Shown one piece after another: positions 1-8,655 of a stretch of 32,000 nt of DNA; position 1 is the first letter of the stretch, and every line of letters begins with the position of its first letter. This DNA comes from Synechococcus sp. A15-28 (lineage in GTDB: Bacteria; Cyanobacteriota; Cyanobacteriia; PCC-6307; Cyanobiaceae). The DNA is taken from NCBI RefSeq assembly GCF_014280175.1, contig NZ_CP047931.1:180001-212000 (forward strand), written 5' to 3'. Below the pieces are notes generated by a model. It was not told the DNA's origin. It did not search any database and saw only the letters and a list, made by a program, of their open reading frames with translations. A program made the translations under genes and the position numbers.

Positions 1-2403
1 CATCCGGTTCCAGTGCATGCGATCGGTCCAGGCGAGGCTGACGGCCTCCTGGGCTCGCAGGTAGTCGGCAAAGTCCGCCATCACGAAGAAGGGATCGTTG
101 CCGGTGAGGTTGTCAAGCAACGGACGGAACAGCTCGCTGTCGCCATTGCTGAAGTGGCCCATCTCGATCAGGCGCAGAGCTTCTTGCAGCTCCGGCATGG
201 CATTGATGAAATTGCCGGGGTTGTAGCCGCTCTGCTTGAGCTCAGTGATCTCCTCCACGGTTTTGCCGAACAGGAAGAAGTTCTCCGCGCCCACCAGCTC
301 GCGGATCTCCACGTTGGCGCCATCCAGGGTGCCGATGGTGAGGGCGCCGTTCATGGCGAACTTCATGTTGCCGGTGCCGGAGGCTTCCTTGCCGGCGGTG
401 GAGATCTGCTCGGAGAGGTCGGAGGCGGGATAGACCTGCTCGCCCAGCTTCACGTTGTAATCCGGTAAAAACACCACCCGCAGGCGGCCGTCCATGTCGG
501 GATCGGCATTGACGGTTTCGGCGATGCCGTTGATGAAGCGGATGATCAGCTTCGCCATGTAATAACCGGGAGCCGCCTTGCCTCCGAAGATCACGGTGCG
601 GGGGGCCATGCCATCGGCCTGGCCGTTCTTGATCCGCAGGTACTGAGTGATCACCTGCAAAGCATTGAGGTGCTGGCGCTTGTATTCATGAATGCGCTTC
701 ACCTGCACGTCGAACAGGGTGGAGGGGTCCACCAGGACACCGGTGTTGCGGTGGATGTAGCTGGCCAGCTTGCGCTTCACCGAGAGCTTGGTGTTGCCCC
801 AGTGCTCGAGGAAGCCGTGGTCGTTCTGGCGTTCCTCCAGTTTGCGCAGGTTCTCCATGTTGGAGATCCAGTCCTCTCCGATGTGCTCGTTCAGCAGGTT
901 GGAGAGCTCGGGGTTGGCCAGAGCCATCCAGCGGCGGGGGGTGACGCCGTTGGTGACGTTGGTGAATTTTTCTGGCCAGAGCTCGGCGAATTCCGGCAGC
1001 AGGTCGGTTTTGACCAGATCGGAGTGCAGCGCTGCCACGCCATTCACGTGGTGCGCTCCGATGGTGGCCAGGTGCGCCATGCGCACAGCTTTACTGCCGT
1101 CTTCGTCGATGATCGACAGCTTGCGCTGAATGGCGTCGTTGCCGGGGTAACGCAGACGCAGTTGCTGGAGGAAGCGGCGGTTGATTTCGTAAATCAGCTC
1201 CAGGTGGCGGGGCAGCAGATTGCCGAACAGGTTCAGATCCCACTTCTCCAGGGCCTCTGGCAGCAGGGTGTGGTTGGTGTAAGCGACAGACCGGGAGGTG
1301 ATATCCCAGGCCTTGTCCCACTCCATGTGGCGGTCGTCGATGAGCAGTCGCATCAACTCCGCTACAGCGATGGCGGGGTGGGTGTCGTTGAGCTGAACGG
1401 TCCAGTACTGAGGGAAGTCCTCAACGGGTAAACCGCGGTTGTCGAGGCTGCGCAGCATGTCCTGCAGTGAGCAGCTCACGAAGAAGTGCTGCTGCTTCAG
1501 GCGCAGACGCCGACCTTCATCGGTGCCGTCATTGGGATACAGCACCTTGGAGAGGGTTTCGCTGCCCACCTTCTCCTCAACGGCGCCGTAGTAGTCGCCA
1601 ATGTTGAAGGCATAGAAGTCAAAGCTCTCGGTGGCATCGGCACGCCAGAGGCGCAGACGATCGCAGATGTTGACCCGATAGCCCAGGACGGGGACGTCAT
1701 GGGGGATGCCGATGGCATGCTCGGCGGGGATCCAGCGGGAACGGTAGATGCCCTTGTCATCGATGTAGCTCTCGGTACGGCCACCAAAGCCGACGAAGCA
1801 GGCTTCATCGGGCTGAGGAAGTTCCCAGGGCCAGCCTCCCTTCAACCACTTGTCGGTGATCTCCACCTGCCAGCCGTCGCGGATGAGCTGGTCGAAGATG
1901 CCGAATTCATAGCGGATGCCATATCCCGTGGCGGGGATCTTCAGGCTGGCCAGGGATTCCATGTAGCAGGCCGCCAGGCGTCCCAAACCACCGTTGCCGA
2001 GGCCGGGCTCTTCCTCCACATCCAGGATCTGCTGCAGGGATTCGATGCCGAAGTTCTTGAGAGCTTCTTCGGCTTCCTGCTGAATCCCAAGGTTCAGCAG
2101 ATTGTTGTTCAGCTGGGGCCCGATCAGGAATTCCGCCGATAGGTAGGCCACCGATTTCTGCGGATGGGCCCGCATCGCCTCTGTAGTGGCGAGGTACCGC
2201 ATCATCAGGCGATCGCGCACCGCGTAGCTGAGAGCCATGTAGAGGTCATGGCGGCTGGCGGTGGGGGCGAGCTTGCCGAGGGTGAAGAACAGATGCTCGG
2301 TCATGCCGTCGAAGACGCTCTTGGCGTCAAGACCGGCCCGCTCGGGGTCGTTGTAACAGCCGGGGGTCGGCAGACGCAGGTCGAGGGGTTGGGAGGAGGT
2401 CAT
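1..2403 (-). CDS. glgP: Glycogen/starch/alpha-glucan phosphorylase, C-terminus cut by left window edge
   Basis: Reverse-strand reading frame from ATG at 2403 stays open to the edge (absent from the ORF track). Translation contains MTSSQPLDLRLPTPGCYNDPERAG, AYLSAEFLIGPQLNNNLLNLG, EEEPGLGNGGLGRLAACYMES, GYGIRYEFGIFDQ, NDTHPAIAVAELMR, TNVTNGVTPRRWL, VKRIHEYKRQHLN, GGKAAPGYYMAKLIIRFIN and EASGTGNMKFAMNGALTIGTLDGANVEI, all typical of the glycogen phosphorylase family. Confidence 0.97.
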   Translation of the reverse strand, partial: MTSSQPLDLRLPTPGCYNDPERAGLDAKSVFDGMTEHLFFTLGKLAPTASRHDLYMALSYAVRDRLMMRYLATTEAMRAHPQKSVAYLSAEFLIGPQLNNNLLNLGIQQEAEEALKNFGIESLQQILDVEEEPGLGNGGLGRLAACYMESLASLKIPATGYGIRYEFGIFDQLIRDGWQVEITDKWLKGGWPWELPQPDEACFVGFGGRTESYIDDKGIYRSRWIPAEHAIGIPHDVPVLGYRVNICDRLRLWRADATESFDFYAFNIGDYYGAVEEKVGSETLSKVLYPNDGTDEGRRLRLKQQHFFVSCSLQDMLRSLDNRGLPVEDFPQYWTVQLNDTHPAIAVAELMRLLIDDRHMEWDKAWDITSRSVAYTNHTLLPEALEKWDLNLFGNLLPRHLELIYEINRRFLQQLRLRYPGNDAIQRKLSIIDEDGSKAVRMAHLATIGAHHVNGVAALHSDLVKTDLLPEFAELWPEKFTNVTNGVTPRRWMALANPELSNLLNEHIGEDWISNMENLRKLEERQNDHGFLEHWGNTKLSVKRKLASYIHRNTGVLVDPSTLFDVQVKRIHEYKRQHLNALQVITQYLRIKNGQADGMAPRTVIFGGKAAPGYYMAKLIIRFINGIAETVNADPDMDGRLRVVFLPDYNVKLGEQVYPASDLSEQISTAGKEASGTGNMKFAMNGALTIGTLDGANVEIRELVGAENFFLFGKTVEEITELKQSGYNPGNFINAMPELQEALRLIEMGHFSNGDSELFRPLLDNLTGNDPFFVMADFADYLRAQEAVSLAWTDRMHWNRM

Positions 2404-2440
2404 GGCGTGCTGTGAAGAACTCCTGTTTGAAGAAACCGGG

Positions 2441-2473
2441 TTGGCGCCCCGACTTTTTGGGACGCCAACTTTT
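2441..2473. promoter_or_regulatory. Small imperfect inverted repeat in the glgP/antiporter divergent intergenic region
   Basis: TTGGCG-C-CCC-gactttttt-like loop-GGG-A-CGCCAA (TTGGCGCCCCGACTTTTTGGGACGCCAA) followed by CTTTT; 6+3 bp stem with one mismatch. Confidence 0.3.
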
Positions 2474-2616
2474 CCATGCCTGGAAAGTAGCTATCACTCC
2501 AGGCCCTGCCCGTTATGTGCTGTACTCCGGTTCGTCTTTGTCCAAATCGGACCATCTTCGTCACAGTCCTGATCGACTTTCGCAACTAAGGTCGGCGAGA
2601 TTGCTCCGCGGCATCC

Positions 2617-3993
2617 ATGCTGTTTCCCGCACTGCTGAGTGAGATCAGCAGCCACGACCTTGAGGTGGCCGAAACGCTGATCGGCGTTCTTCGCTTCGTG
2701 CTGATCTTTGTGGCCGCGCGATCCCTCGCCGAGGTTTTGGTTCGTTTTGAACTGCCTACCATCCTGGGCGAGCTCTTGGCGGGCGTGATCATCGGCGCCT
2801 CCGGGTTGCATCTGTTGGTGCCTCCGGAGACGCAGGTTCAACTCAGCTCCTTTTTTGGTGATGTGGTGGGCGGATTGGCCCACATCCCAGCCGATGAGAT
2901 CCCGGAGATCTACAACGAGACGTTTGGTGCCCTTCAGGCCGTTTCCAACCTGGGTCTGTTCTCGTTGCTGTTCCTTACCGGTCTGGAGAGCGAGCTGGAG
3001 GAACTGATTGCCGTTGGAGCTCAGGCCTTTTCCGTGGCTGTGGTGGGCGTGGTCTTGCCGTTTGCCTTGGGAACCCTGGGTTTGATGGGTATCTTTCATG
3101 TGGATCCCATCCAGGCGATTTTTGCCGGCGCTTCGATGACGGCCACCAGCATTGGCATCACCGCGAGCGTCTTCGGTGAGCTCGGTTATCTGCGCACGCG
3201 CGAGGGTCAGATCGTCATCGGCGCGGCCGTTTTGGACGACATCCTCGGCATCGTGATCCTGGCTGTGGTGGTTTCCCTCGCCGCCGGTGGAACCCTAGAG
3301 ATCGCCCCAATCGTGCAATTGGTTGTGGCCGCTGTTCTGTTCGTTGTGGTTGCCCTCGTGTTGAGCCGTAAAGCTGCCCCCGCTTTCGACTGGGTCATCG
3401 ATCAGCTCAAGGCTCCGGGCGGCAAATTGGTGGGCTCCTACCTCTTGCTTGGCGCCAGCTGTTTCGTTGCCACGGCCATTGGTCTTGAAGCGGCCCTGGG
3501 TGCCTTCGCTGCAGGTTTGATCGCCAGCACCTCCAAACATCGCCACGAGATTCAGGCCGCCGTCACGCCCATCGTTGGATTGTTCGCCACGGTGTTCTTT
3601 GTGCTCGTTGGTGCCGGCATGGATCTGTCGGTGATCAATCCGTCCGATCCTTCAGCACGCTCTGCCCTGGTGATTGCAGGCTTCATGTTCGTGGTCGCCA
3701 TCATCGGCAAGGTGGCTGCCGGCTGGGCCGTGTTCGGTCAGCAGAAAACCGACAAGTTGGTGGTGGGGCTCGGCATGTTGCCCCGTGGCGAAGTGGGTCT
3801 GATCTTCCTGGGCCTGGGAACAGCCGCCAAGCTGCTCAGCCCTGGCCTCGAGGTAGCCATCCTGCTGATGGTGATCGGCACGACCTTCCTCGCACCGGTG
3901 CTGCTGCGTCTCGTCTTGAAGGGCAAACCTCCAGAAGACGGAAATGAGGTTCCTGAGGAATTGGCTGCTGATCCTTTAGGGGGTGCCTCCTGA
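2617..3993 (+). CDS. Cation:proton antiporter, CPA2 family (Na+/H+ antiporter, NhaS3/NapA-like)
   Basis: 458-aa ORF with many hydrophobic segments; FELPTILGELLAGVIIGASGLHLL, ASMTATSIGITASVFGELG, GAAVLDDILGIVILAVV and PRGEVGLIFLGLG motifs. Confidence 0.93.
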   Translation: MLFPALLSEISSHDLEVAETLIGVLRFVLIFVAARSLAEVLVRFELPTILGELLAGVIIGASGLHLLVPPETQVQLSSFFGDVVGGLAHIPADEIPEIYNETFGALQAVSNLGLFSLLFLTGLESELEELIAVGAQAFSVAVVGVVLPFALGTLGLMGIFHVDPIQAIFAGASMTATSIGITASVFGELGYLRTREGQIVIGAAVLDDILGIVILAVVVSLAAGGTLEIAPIVQLVVAAVLFVVVALVLSRKAAPAFDWVIDQLKAPGGKLVGSYLLLGASCFVATAIGLEAALGAFAAGLIASTSKHRHEIQAAVTPIVGLFATVFFVLVGAGMDLSVINPSDPSARSALVIAGFMFVVAIIGKVAAGWAVFGQQKTDKLVVGLGMLPRGEVGLIFLGLGTAAKLLSPGLEVAILLMVIGTTFLAPVLLRLVLKGKPPEDGNEVPEELAADPLGGAS

Positions 3994-4314
3994 TCAATCG
4001 CTGCCGCGGTTGCTGAACACCAGCAACAGGCTCCAGCCCACGGCGACAACACCCAGGCTGGAGGCCCAGCCTGGGCCTAGAGCCCAGCTGCAGCCCAGCT
4101 GTGTTGCCAGTCCGACGGCCAATGCCAGCAGAAGGCTGCTGAGGATGAGGATCCCCTGTCTCCAATCCTCAGGAATGGTGCTGGTTTCAAGGCTCGTTTC
4201 CAACCGACTGAGGGGAGCGCTGAGGGGCACGTACAACGCCACGGCCCAGATCAGCGCCCCGCGCCAGACAGCAGCGTCGGCGAGGGGTCCGCTGATCACC
4301 TCGTAGCTCTGCAT
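3994..4314 (-). CDS. Conserved hypothetical small membrane protein (about two hydrophobic segments)
   Basis: 106-aa ORF; its stop codon abuts the antiporter stop; hydrophobic segments ALIWAVALYVPLSAPL and GILILSSLLLALAVGLATQLGCSWALGPGW. Confidence 0.6.
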   Translation of the reverse strand: MQSYEVISGPLADAAVWRGALIWAVALYVPLSAPLSRLETSLETSTIPEDWRQGILILSSLLLALAVGLATQLGCSWALGPGWASSLGVVAVGWSLLLVFSNRGSD

Positions 4315-4363
4315 TCAGGCCTCTGGACGGGCTGCCTAGCATCGCGCCCTCTTGCCCCTCGTT

Positions 4364-5236
4364 GTGGACACCTACCGCTGGAGCCACCTTGGACATGACG
4401 TCCACACGATCCATCAACAGCCCGAGAAGGACTGTTCGGATCGTCCTGCGCTGCTGCTGGTTCATGGTTTCGGGGCCTCCACCGATCACTGGCGCCACAA
4501 CATTCCGGTGCTCGCCAGAACCCACGCCGTGCATGCGGTTGATCTGCTGGGTTTTGGGCGCAGTGCAAAGCCTGCGGAACTGCCCTACGGAGGGCCTCTC
4601 TGGCGCGATCAGCTGGTGGCCTATGTGCGGGAGCGGATCGGACGCCCCACGGTGATCGCCGGCAATTCTCTCGGGGGCTTTGCGGCGTTAGCGGCTGGTG
4701 CGGCACTCCAGCAGGACTGTGCCGGTGTGGTGTTGCTGAATGCAGCCGGTCCCTTCAGTGATGAACAGCAGCCTCCCAAGGGATGGGGTGCCATCGCCCG
4801 GCAGAGCATCGGCAGTGCGCTGTTGAAAAGCCCTGTGCTGCAGCGGTTGCTGTTTGAAAATCTCCGACGTCCAGCCACGATCCGTCGCACCCTCAATCAG
4901 GTGTACGTCGACAAGACCAACGTGGATGACTGGTTGGTGGAGTCGATCCGTCGTCCATCGCTCGATCCCGGCGCCTTCGGTGTGTTCCGCACGGTGTTCG
5001 ACATTCCCAGGGGGCAGCCCCTCGATGAGCTTTTCGCTGAGTTGACAGCACCTCTGCTGCTGCTCTGGGGCATCCGTGACCCATGGATCAATGCGCCAGG
5101 CCGCCGGGCCACCTTCCAGCGTCATGCGCCGGCGGCCACCACGGAGGTGGTGCTGGATGCGGGCCACTGTCCCCATGACGAGGTTCCCGAGCAGGTGAAT
5201 GCATTCTTGCTGGATTGGCTCGCTGCTCTGACGTGA
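4364..5236 (+). CDS. Alpha/beta hydrolase fold protein
   Basis: LLLVHGFGASTDHWR oxyanion-hole motif, AGNSLGGFAALA nucleophile elbow, LLWGIRDPWI and AGHCPHDEVPEQVNAFLLDWL C-terminal His region. Track ORF starts at a TTG (4352); GTG at 4364 is a plausible alternative. Confidence 0.88.
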   Translation: MDTYRWSHLGHDVHTIHQQPEKDCSDRPALLLVHGFGASTDHWRHNIPVLARTHAVHAVDLLGFGRSAKPAELPYGGPLWRDQLVAYVRERIGRPTVIAGNSLGGFAALAAGAALQQDCAGVVLLNAAGPFSDEQQPPKGWGAIARQSIGSALLKSPVLQRLLFENLRRPATIRRTLNQVYVDKTNVDDWLVESIRRPSLDPGAFGVFRTVFDIPRGQPLDELFAELTAPLLLLWGIRDPWINAPGRRATFQRHAPAATTEVVLDAGHCPHDEVPEQVNAFLLDWLAALT

Positions 5237-5303
5237 GCCACAGCACCGACAGATGCGGATCAGCCAGCTAGCTGGGTAGATCAGACTCGGCTCGCTACAG
5301 CGG

Positions 5304-6158
5304 ATGCCCATGACTCTCACCCAGCAGACCGCTCCCTATGCCCATTGGGAGTACGTCCATCCGGAAATCGGAGATCGTCTGCGGATCATTCCAGAGCGGG
5401 GCGGCATCGTCAGCGAGTGGCGTTGTGGGGAGCGTGAGGTGCTCTATTTCGACCAGGAGCGTTATGCCGACCCTGCCAAAAGCATCCGTGGAGGGATCCC
5501 TGTTTTGTTTCCGATCTGCGGCAATCTTCCCGGTGATCTGTTGCAGGTGAATGGCGTTGATCACACCCTCAAACAGCACGGCTTTGCTCGCAATCTCCCC
5601 TGGCAGCTGCAACTGCTTGATGATCAGAGCGGTGTGCGTCTCAGCCTGAGCAGCACGGACGAGACCCTCGCGGCCTATCCCTTCGCTTTCCTGGTGGAGA
5701 TGGAGGTGCGACCTGTGGCCATGGCCCTCGAGATCAGCACCACGATTCACAACCGCAGCGATCAGCCGATGCCCTTCAGCTTCGGGCTGCATCCTTATTT
5801 CAATGTCAGCGATCTGGGCCAGACCCGGCTCACCGGTTTGGCGGAGCGTTGTCTGAATCACCTGGAGATGGCGGATGCTGCCACCGATGGTCAGCTGTCT
5901 CGCCTGCCGGAGGGCGTTGATTTCCTTTGCCGGCCCGCTGGTGATGTCACGTTGATCGACGACGTCAGTGGTGCTCAGCTCCAGCTGCAGCATCAGGAGC
6001 CGATGGATCTGACTGTGGTCTGGACCGAACCCCCCCGCAAGATGGTTTGCCTGGAGCCCTGGACCGGCCCGCGCCAGTCCTTGGTGAGTGGCGACCGCAA
6101 GCTGGTATTGGATCCCGGCACCCAGCAGACCGTGGCCTGCCGCTACGCCGTGTCCTGA
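5304..6158 (+). CDS. Aldose 1-epimerase / hexose-6-phosphate mutarotase-like protein
   Basis: RLRIIPERGGIVSEW, GIPVLFPICGNLPGD, HGFARNLPW, PFSFGLHPYFNVSD, VVWTEPPRKMVCLEPWTGPRQSL. Confidence 0.88.
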   Translation: MPMTLTQQTAPYAHWEYVHPEIGDRLRIIPERGGIVSEWRCGEREVLYFDQERYADPAKSIRGGIPVLFPICGNLPGDLLQVNGVDHTLKQHGFARNLPWQLQLLDDQSGVRLSLSSTDETLAAYPFAFLVEMEVRPVAMALEISTTIHNRSDQPMPFSFGLHPYFNVSDLGQTRLTGLAERCLNHLEMADAATDGQLSRLPEGVDFLCRPAGDVTLIDDVSGAQLQLQHQEPMDLTVVWTEPPRKMVCLEPWTGPRQSLVSGDRKLVLDPGTQQTVACRYAVS

Positions 6159-7294
6159 TTGACCCCCGGCAGTCGACCGCGGCAGAGCTGCTGCCGCGGA
6201 TCGAACTGTCGCTTCACGGCTTCGATAACCGGACGGGCGGGCGAGTCCAACCAGGCCGGGATGGAACCCGGTTTCGGCTGTACGAGCACGGTCAGTCCTC
6301 CGCCGAGTTCCACCACGCTGCGGCGCAGGGCTTCAACCTTGAACGGTTCGCTGGGTCCGCTCGACCAGCCATCGCCGCACCCGGCACCGGCGGCAATGTC
6401 CCAGGTCCAACCCTTCAACGAAGAGATCGCCGGACTCTGCAGGAGTTGCGTCACCTTGGCCGGCGGCAGCACCAGTCGCACCAGCCAGGTCGGTGCTGAA
6501 CAGGTCAGTCCGTTGTCCCTCGGGTCTGAGCAGGGTTGCTGTTCAGAGGTCAGTCCATGGTTCTGGCCCAGCTGCTCCAGTCGTTGCAGCTGCTCATCCA
6601 CTGCAGCGTCCGACACGCTGCTCACCATGATCTGAAGCTGCCACCCCTCCTCCACGGAGCCCTGCCAGTCGCAGCGTTCGGGCGTGAGGGTGGAGCGCAC
6701 CAGCTCGGCTCGGCAGCGCTCCAGATCCGACAGGGTTCCATGGAGAGCGAGGGCTGCCTGATGAGGCCGAATCGGCTGTAGCCGCAGGGTGACGTCGGTG
6801 ATTAGCGCCAGGCTGCCCCAGCTGCCACAGAGCAGTCGCATCAGGTCATAGCCCGCCACGTTTTTCACCACCTTTCCGCCAGCGCGGGCTTCCACGCCAT
6901 CGGCCCGCAGCAGGCCGATCCCGATGATCTGGTCCCGTACTCCCAGGTGGCGTTGACGCAGACCCCCGGACAGTCCCCGGGCCACCAGGCCGCCAATGCT
7001 GCCGGGCCTGCCATCACGGGGCAGATCAACCGGCAGCCACTGCCCCTGCTTGGCCAGAAGAGCCTGAAGCCTGTCGAGGGGCATTCCAGCCTCCACCGAG
7101 AGGGTCAGGTCGTCGACGGCATGGTCGATCACACGATCGAGATGGCGGCAGCTCAGCACGCCATGGGTGGGATCCAGGCGAGGTCCCCACTCCAGGTGCT
7201 CACCCAGGCCACTGGGGATCCAGGGGATGGCGTCCTGATGCCACTGGCGCACCAGCTCGATCAAGGCGCTTCGGTCGGCAGGGGAATGGCTCAC
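6143..7294 (-). CDS. glcE: Glycolate dehydrogenase/oxidase FAD-binding subunit GlcE
   Basis: FAD-binding PCMH-type features: VDLPRDGRPGSIGGLVARGLSGGLRQRHLGVRDQIIGIGLLRADG, AGGKVVKNVAGYDLMRLLCGSWGSLALITDVTLRLQP. GTG start (VSHSPADRSALIEL) inferred; the track ORF extends upstream without convincing sequence. Pairs with GlcF. Confidence 0.9.
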   Translation of the reverse strand: MSHSPADRSALIELVRQWHQDAIPWIPSGLGEHLEWGPRLDPTHGVLSCRHLDRVIDHAVDDLTLSVEAGMPLDRLQALLAKQGQWLPVDLPRDGRPGSIGGLVARGLSGGLRQRHLGVRDQIIGIGLLRADGVEARAGGKVVKNVAGYDLMRLLCGSWGSLALITDVTLRLQPIRPHQAALALHGTLSDLERCRAELVRSTLTPERCDWQGSVEEGWQLQIMVSSVSDAAVDEQLQRLEQLGQNHGLTSEQQPCSDPRDNGLTCSAPTWLVRLVLPPAKVTQLLQSPAISSLKGWTWDIAAGAGCGDGWSSGPSEPFKVEALRRSVVELGGGLTVLVQPKPGSIPAWLDSPARPVIEAVKRQFDPRQQLCRGRLPGVNQDTA

Positions 7295-7308
7295 GGCACG
7301 ATGGTGCC

Positions 7309-8655
7309 ATGAAGGTTGTGGTGATCGACGACGACCCCACCGGCTCGCAGACGGTGCATAGCTGTCCTCTGCTGCTGGAGTGGGACAGGGAGACCCTGAG
7401 GCGGGGCTTGAAGCGCCCTTCGTCGTTGCTGTTTTTACTGGCGGACACACGGGCGCTGACGGCCGAGGCGGCCGCAGCGCGCAACCGCGAAATTGTCTGC
7501 CAACTGGATCAGGCGCTCGCAGCGGAAGGGTTACGTCGTGGCGATGTGCTGCTGGTGAGTCGCGGCGATTCCACCTTGCGCGGCCACGGCGTTCTGGAGC
7601 CCGCCACCTTGCAGGAGGCCTTCGGGCCGTTTGACGCCACGTTCCACATCCCAGCATTCATCGAGGGTGGCCGCACCACGGTGAACGGTGTGCATCTGTT
7701 GAACGGTGCCCCGGTGCATACCACCGCTTTTGCCCAGGACCGGATGTTTGGATTCAGCACCAGCGATCTGGCAGGCTGGCTGGAGGAGAAAAGTGGCGGT
7801 TCGATTCGATCTGCCGATGTGCAGCGGATTTCCGGTCGTGAGCTGAACGCGGCGTGTGGGACTGGCCTTTTGTGTTTGGTCGATCGACTCCGCTCCCTCA
7901 GGGGCAATGTGCCGGTGGTGGTGGATGCGGAACGACAGGACCAGCTCGCCGCTCTGGCCGCCGCGGTGCGGTCGCTGCGCAGCGAGAAACGCTTCCTGTT
8001 TCGGTCAGCCGCCAGTCTGGTGAAAGCACTGGCGGATCCTGGCCCGCAGCCTCTGGATGCGGCTGCTCTGGCCGGCCTGCGCCGACGGAATGGAGATGGT
8101 GCTCTCCTGCAGGGGTTGGTGGTGGTGGGCTCCTATGTGCCGCTGGCGGATCAGCAGCTGGAGCGATTGCTGCAGGCCCCCGGTTGCCGTGGGCTCGAGG
8201 TGCCCGTGCGTCGCATCGCTCGGGTGTTGGAGGGCGGCACGCCGGACTTGCTGCTGGCGGACCTGGAGCGGGAGCTGCTGGATCAGCTGAAGCAGGTGTT
8301 TGAGGCTGATGCAACATCTGTGCTGTACAGCAGCCGCGGCGAGCTCGGTTTTGCTTCGCCCCGGCAGCGCCGGCATTTCTCGGTTCAGCTCGCGCAGCTG
8401 ATGGCCCGCTTGGCGGCTGCAGTGGCACCGGGCCTTGGTTACCTGATCAGCAAGGGAGGAACCACCACCCAGACCCTGTTGTCCAAAGGGCTGGGGCTGA
8501 CGGCTGTCCAGCTGGAGGGGCAATTGCTGCCGGGACTGTCCCTGGTTCGTCCGTCAGAGGGGAGCCATGCCGGCCTGCCGATCCTCACGTTTCCCGGAAA
8601 CCTTGGCAGTGCCGACACCCTGCGCGACGCCTGGCAGCGGATGGAGGCCGGCTGA
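7309..8655 (+). CDS. Four-carbon acid sugar kinase family protein (DUF1537)
   Basis: MKVVVIDDDPTGSQTVHSCPLLLEW, SRGDSTLRGHGVLEP, FIEGGRTTVNGVHLL, DAERQDQLAALAAAV, GYLISKGGTTTQTLLSKGLGL, TFPGNLG. Confidence 0.93.
   Translation: MKVVVIDDDPTGSQTVHSCPLLLEWDRETLRRGLKRPSSLLFLLADTRALTAEAAAARNREIVCQLDQALAAEGLRRGDVLLVSRGDSTLRGHGVLEPATLQEAFGPFDATFHIPAFIEGGRTTVNGVHLLNGAPVHTTAFAQDRMFGFSTSDLAGWLEEKSGGSIRSADVQRISGRELNAACGTGLLCLVDRLRSLRGNVPVVVDAERQDQLAALAAAVRSLRSEKRFLFRSAASLVKALADPGPQPLDAAALAGLRRRNGDGALLQGLVVVGSYVPLADQQLERLLQAPGCRGLEVPVRRIARVLEGGTPDLLLADLERELLDQLKQVFEADATSVLYSSRGELGFASPRQRRHFSVQLAQLMARLAAAVAPGLGYLISKGGTTTQTLLSKGLGLTAVQLEGQLLPGLSLVRPSEGSHAGLPILTFPGNLGSADTLRDAWQRMEAG

Noticed and set aside
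13-468. + strand ORFs near the left edge (13-468, 670-1431, 1486-2142)
   Set aside because: All are antisense to the clear glycogen phosphorylase gene on the - strand.
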